Below, piece by piece: positions 33,431-36,279 of a DNA stretch of 36,279 nucleotides; the first letter of the stretch is position 1, and each line of letters starts with the position of its first letter. Position numbers and translations under genes: made by a program. The notes below the pieces were generated by a model that did not search any database, was not told where the DNA came from, and saw nothing but the letters and a program-made list of their open reading frames with translations. This stretch comes from Octopus bimaculoides (taxonomy: Eukaryota), in the NCBI RefSeq assembly GCF_001194135.2, contig NC_068991.1:57534500-57570778 (forward strand), given 5' to 3'.

Positions 33431-35094
33431 CACTGACTCTTGGCTCACCGAATTCCTTATATATTACTGGGCAGGTTTTTCAGCAAGGCAATGCAGAAGA
33501 GATTTTGAGAACGTCACAGTAGCAATGAAAGATATTGTAATATAATATTCTAATCACGATATTAAACATATTACATTGCTTAGTTATTCCCACTAGGTAT
33601 TAAGTTTAATTTATGCTAGTTTCACTTGAATATACATATTCTCCAGAGCAAAATTAATAATAGCAAAATAGTAATATTACTGCAAGCTAACCGTCTAAAT
33701 ATGTCTCGATAGAAAAAACAATGTGGTTTTTATTAATAAATAACCTTTTAAAATAATTTTCTTATATTTATTTCTGCTGATTTTTTTTATGACGGTGTAT
33801 AAGAGAATGGTTTTTCTATTGATCATGCATTACAATATACACTTAAATATAATTATTTTTCTGATAACGAAATATAACGCCAGAGGGTAGCTGGATACTT
33901 AAGATTTTATTTAATTTAGTTCCGATTTAAATGCTCGTTGAATAACATTTCTGTTTATTAAAACGTCGATGATATTAAAAAAAAATATTTGTGTTCCCTG
34001 AATATAAGCCGGATACTGAAATACATTCAGTGGCTCGTAATACAAACCGGTCAACTTGCAAAGGATAGAATTACGTCAAAAGTAGCGTTTATTCTGTTAG
34101 ATAAATATTGAAGAAGCTCCTCTTTGAAATTAAGAATGCAATCGATTAGCTAGCAACGCAAATACATTAGCTGCTATGGAGAGTCATTGCTGGGTTAATG
34201 GAAAATTTGACCCCAGGTCTAAAATGAGTGCTTAATTAGTAGATCTACTCCGACAGCGGTGTCAAGTAGAGATGCCACTGTAAATTATGGACGTTTGTGA
34301 GTTTCACTCATTAGAATGCTCTCAGAAGATTTTAATGAATATTTCCAGTCGTTGTCTTTAATGATGAAAGTGTATTTAATACGTCAGCCTCTGTTGTTAC
34401 AAGTTCAGCTTAACATGGTTCACTAATATCGTGCAGTCCTTTCAATCACCAGAGATATCGTGTGTTGCAAAACGCTACTTTTGCCGTCGTAGTTCATATA
34501 CACACTTATACGGAGAAGATACTGATTAAATAGAAACGGAAAAGCTGTCAGACTAAATACCTAACGTTTTTAAATTTGTCTATATCATACCTATGTTCAA
34601 ATCACACTAACAATTTTCGTCACAAGTAACAGTAATATTCTACAATCATTAAATTTTTCTGCAATAATGAGACAGAATTTAGCGTCGAGGCAAACATCGC
34701 GCATTATTGATTCGTAAAAGATTGTTTCTAGATTGTGAGAAACAAACCGAGAGACCTGACTATCATTCAATCCGTTTGTCTCCACCATCGTTACAATATG
34801 TCTTCGTGAAAAATACACCGATAAATATCCATTTTTATTACAATGAATTATTAAATTAATCAGATAAATGTGTTTTTACTAAACTGAGTGAATTATAAAG
34901 CTCTAGGTTTTCCTGAGAGGCTCGCTTTAGTAAATTAAATAAATATATTTCTATCGAAGCAATATTTATATTACTGCAATAAAGAGCTGATTCAATAACG
35001 AATAATGGAAAGTAAGATGGTCACGGAAAGATGTATAAACATATACATACATTACATTACAAAACACTCACATACACACACAAAAAACATATAT

Positions 35095-35102
35095 AGATGC
35101 AT

Positions 35103-35176
<74 letters not shown>

Positions 35177-35558
35177 GTGTGTGTGTGTGTGTATGTACAT
35201 CTACACACGTAGATGTATATATATACATATATATATATNNNNNNNNNNNNNNNNNNNNNNNNNNNNNNNNNNNNNNNNNNNNNNNNNNNNNNNNNNNNNN
35301 NNNNNNNNNNNNNNNNNNNNNNNNNNNNNNNNNNNNNNNNNNNNNNNNNNNNNNNNNNNNNNNNNNNNNNNNNNNNNNNNNNNNNNNNNNNNNNNNNNNN
35401 NNNNNNNNNNNNNNNNNNNNNNNNNNNNNNNNNNNNNNNNNNNNNNNNNNNNNNNNNNNNNNNNNNNNNNNNNNNNNNNNNNNNNNNNNNNNNNNNNNNN
35501 NNNNNNNNNNNNNNNNNNNNNNNNNNNNNNNNNNNNNNNNNNNNNNNNNNNNNNNNNN

Positions 35559-35602
<44 letters not shown>

Positions 35603-35660
35603 TTATATATTTATATACGTATATTTTCAAACACACACACACACACACACACACGCACAT
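35095..35660. repeat. Compound (CA)/(TA)/(TG) microsatellite spanning a gap
   Basis: Dinucleotide runs flank the N run at 35239-35558. Confidence 0.95.
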
Positions 35661-35882
35661 AACATCATATATTCATATGTTTGTTTGTGCGCGCCTGTGT
35701 ATAATGTCTCCGCAGTGATATTGTAGAAATAATATTTTGACAATTTTATTCAGTTTCGGTACATAATTTCTGCTCCTGTCAACGCCAAGTGTTCCTAATA
35801 TAGTTCTGGGTCTGAACAATTTATAGCCATATACTGGTGATAAAACTATTTCATAACACGCTTGCAAGTTCAAAAAAATATA

Positions 35883-36051
35883 CGGAGTGGCTTTGTAGTA
35901 AGTAACTTGTTTACCAACCACACGGTTCCGGGTTCAGTCCCACTGGGTGACACCTTGGGCAAGTGCCTTCTACTATAACCTCGGGTCGAGCAAAGCCTTG
36001 TGAATGGATTTGGTAGAACGGAAACGGAAAGAAGCCTGCCGTATGTATGTG

Positions 36052-36114
<63 letters not shown>

Positions 36115-36279
36115 ATTTGTGTTTGTCACTCCACGATCGCTTGTCAACTGATTGATGGTGGTGTGTTTACGTCGCCGTATCTTAGTGGTTCGTCCACAGA
36201 CATCGATAGACGAAGTCCTGGGCGCGGTTTGTTTGACTAAAGGCGGTGCTCCAGCATGGCCGCAGAGAATGACTGAAAC
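35883..36279 (+). mobile_element. SINE family A, near full length, running off the window end
   Basis: ccaaccacacggttccgggttcagtcccactgggtgacaccttgggcaagtgccttctactata...(TA)/(TG)n...ggtgctccagcatggccgcagagaatgactgaaac. Confidence 0.92.

Larger units (their letters stand above)
388..35558. other. Assembly gaps (12 N runs)
   Basis: N runs at approximately 388-397, 1665-1956, 8688-9465, 9823-9833, 12266-12374, 15064-15576, 16203-17033, 20772-20892, 21685-21803, 23905-24073, 30447-31021 and 35239-35558; most are flanked by microsatellites. Confidence 0.97.

Noticed and set aside
34345-34420. VVFNDESVFN resembling the Tc1 VIFSDESKF catalytic motif
   Set aside because: No other transposase motif or TIR nearby; likely chance.
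1-36279. CRISPR array, prokaryotic operon or rRNA
   Set aside because: No equal-length repeat-spacer array, no dense ORFs and no rRNA-like sequence; the content is eukaryotic repeat DNA.

Overview
AT-rich, gap-ridden eukaryotic draft-assembly window made almost entirely of microsatellites and decayed transposable elements, with no intact protein-coding gene or RNA gene that I can recognise. The very high microsatellite load and the tRNA-derived SINE families suggest an octopod cephalopod (Octopus-like) genome; this is inference, not a database match. By eye I find two decayed Tx1/L1-clade LINE ORF2 copies in opposite orientation, two RTE-clade LINE fragments, the 3' end of a Penelope-like (GIY-YIG) retroelement with a degenerate hammerhead-like fold, an internally deleted mariner transposase, about 9 copies of one SINE family with a hypervariable internal microsatellite (family A), 4 copies of a second SINE (B), 2 copies of an unclassified (AAT)n-tailed element (C) and one well-preserved tRNA-Arg-like SINE (D). 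The most interesting non-TE signals are three tiny frame-preserving candidate exons on the + strand (18, 3 and 36 nt; two carry the UGC plus AG-free-zone signature of neural microexons), a close inverted SINE pair that could form an ADAR substrate, and an unexplained degenerate ~150-bp tandem array. None of these is proven. TE boundaries are approximate (tens of bases), and I see no firm evidence of a wholly new biological system.
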